Assembly (NCBI GenBank): GCA_013115125.1
Contig: JABANN010000083.1
Location: 1 to 64,000 of the forward strand
From: Perkinsus olseni
Lineage: Eukaryota
Length of the DNA stretch: 64,000 bases
Reading direction: 5' to 3'
Numbering within the stretch: position 1 is the first letter of the stretch; the number at the start of each line of letters is the position of its first letter. Made by a program: the position numbers and the translations under genes. Below, in pieces: positions 62,880 through 64,000 of the stretch. Below the pieces are notes generated by a model. It ran no database searches. It was not told the origin of the DNA and saw nothing but the letters and a program-made list of their open reading frames with translations.

Positions 62880-64000
62880 TGGCCAACAGAAGCCCGCCGA
62901 CGATACCTGGACGAGGCAGTGGGCGAACAGCAGCAGCACTGAGGAGGGCCTACACACTATGACGACCCCCGAGGGCCCGTTACCGTCTTCATCAAGGTCA
63001 CCTCGTTGACCGTCATCAGCCGATCTGAAGAGGCTTTGGGACGGGCGGGAGATGAGCTCCCTTACGGTATGTCATTCCAATAGTTAGGGTAGAATCTTTC
63101 GCATGTAACGCCATCAGCGTTCCGTACCACACCTTTGTCAACTATACACAGCGCAGGAGAGGCCCTGAGCACAACAGTCCCAGAGCGAGCGGCGACGCTA
63201 CCCTTACCCTTCTCCTTGGCAAAGGCCTGGGTCCCAATCCCATTGGACTTCGAAATGCCGATTGTCTACGTCCTGAGGGGGACCATCTACCTGCCGCTGA
63301 AGGGCCCCTTCCCTACCCGCGTGATGAAGGCCGGCAGGTAGGTGTTGGAACCAGAGTATCTTCCCCAGACTCGGGACCCGACCTCACAGGCGGAGGTCGA
63401 TGCTAATAGAGCGGTTAGTAGCACTCGCATCGAAAAGGGCTTCAAGCCTTCTGGCGGAAGTTGCGCGTCGGGAAAATGGCATGTGCGCGGATCGAACCTG
63501 GGCCGCTCGATGCGTGAGAGTATTCCTTACCGATCTGCGCACTTAGCTGTTGGACTCGGCCTCATGACTATCATTCCCGAGGTCCTCTGCCGCTCATCTC
63601 CATCATCCGACCCCTCTGGCCTGCGACCCTGGAACGAGAGACATCATGTCGTCTTCTCGAAGGACAACGAATCTTTCACTTACCACGCCCGCTGCTACTT
63701 CGACAGGCCGCGGGCCGTCGTGGAGGGCAAAAAGAAGAAGGCCCGACGGCCACTGTGAGGCAGGCGGGTCGGAGATCCTCCCTTATTCTCTCCACAAGGT
63801 ACCCTACTTGGCGACTAGACTGCCTCGCTCCGGGGTCCGAGGCCTCCCGAAGGTGCCGGCCTAAACGGCTGAAGGTGTTGAACTCGAGGGGCATGCCAGT
63901 GAACGCTTCTACGATGGAGCTGGAGGGCCACTGGGATGACCGACACGCTGTGGTCTTTGCTAAGGACAACGAAGACGTTTACACGGACCAGAGGTCGTTC
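62880..64000 (+). CDS. Hypothetical spliced protein with an 86-aa internal repeat; runs off the window end
   Basis: Removing intron 63755-63798 (GT..AG, 44 bp) puts WNERHHVVFSKDNE (63630) and WDDRHAVVFAKDNE (63932) in one frame. Another GTATGT...CAG intron lies near 63067-63117. Confidence 0.6.

Noticed and set aside
60055-62900. Retrotransposon gag/pol
   Set aside because: No RT (YxDD), RNase H, integrase or CCHC motif; the intron-like structure favours host genes.

Overview
Eukaryotic genomic DNA of roughly 50% GC with dense genes and many short (40-60 bp) GT-AG introns. Gene content and style resemble a perkinsid alveolate (Perkinsus-like); this is an inference, not a database match. 1-12 kb: three intronless CCCH zinc-finger genes (two are duplicates with a diverged middle), a nucleotide-sugar transporter, and a Cys-rich gene with a stop-disrupted duplicate. 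12-41 kb: mostly minus-strand intron-rich genes (EF-hand/WD40, coiled-coil, TBC Rab-GAP, TPR, PIG-Q/GPI1, mitochondrial carrier), plus a spliced plus-strand gene for a membrane-anchored zeta-toxin-like P-loop kinase that the ORF track shows only in pieces. 46-60 kb: a fast-evolving region with a pepsin-like pseudogene and a six-member array of small secreted proteins (intact, stop-interrupted, frameshifted and truncated copies). Two of these copies have strongly diverged mature domains inside near-identical flanks. The array is interleaved with a Tc1 remnant, a helically phased motif array, MITE-like repeats and paralog-specific perfect palindromes. The window ends in a spliced gene with an 86-aa internal repeat. 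Exon boundaries were read by eye and are approximate unless stated.
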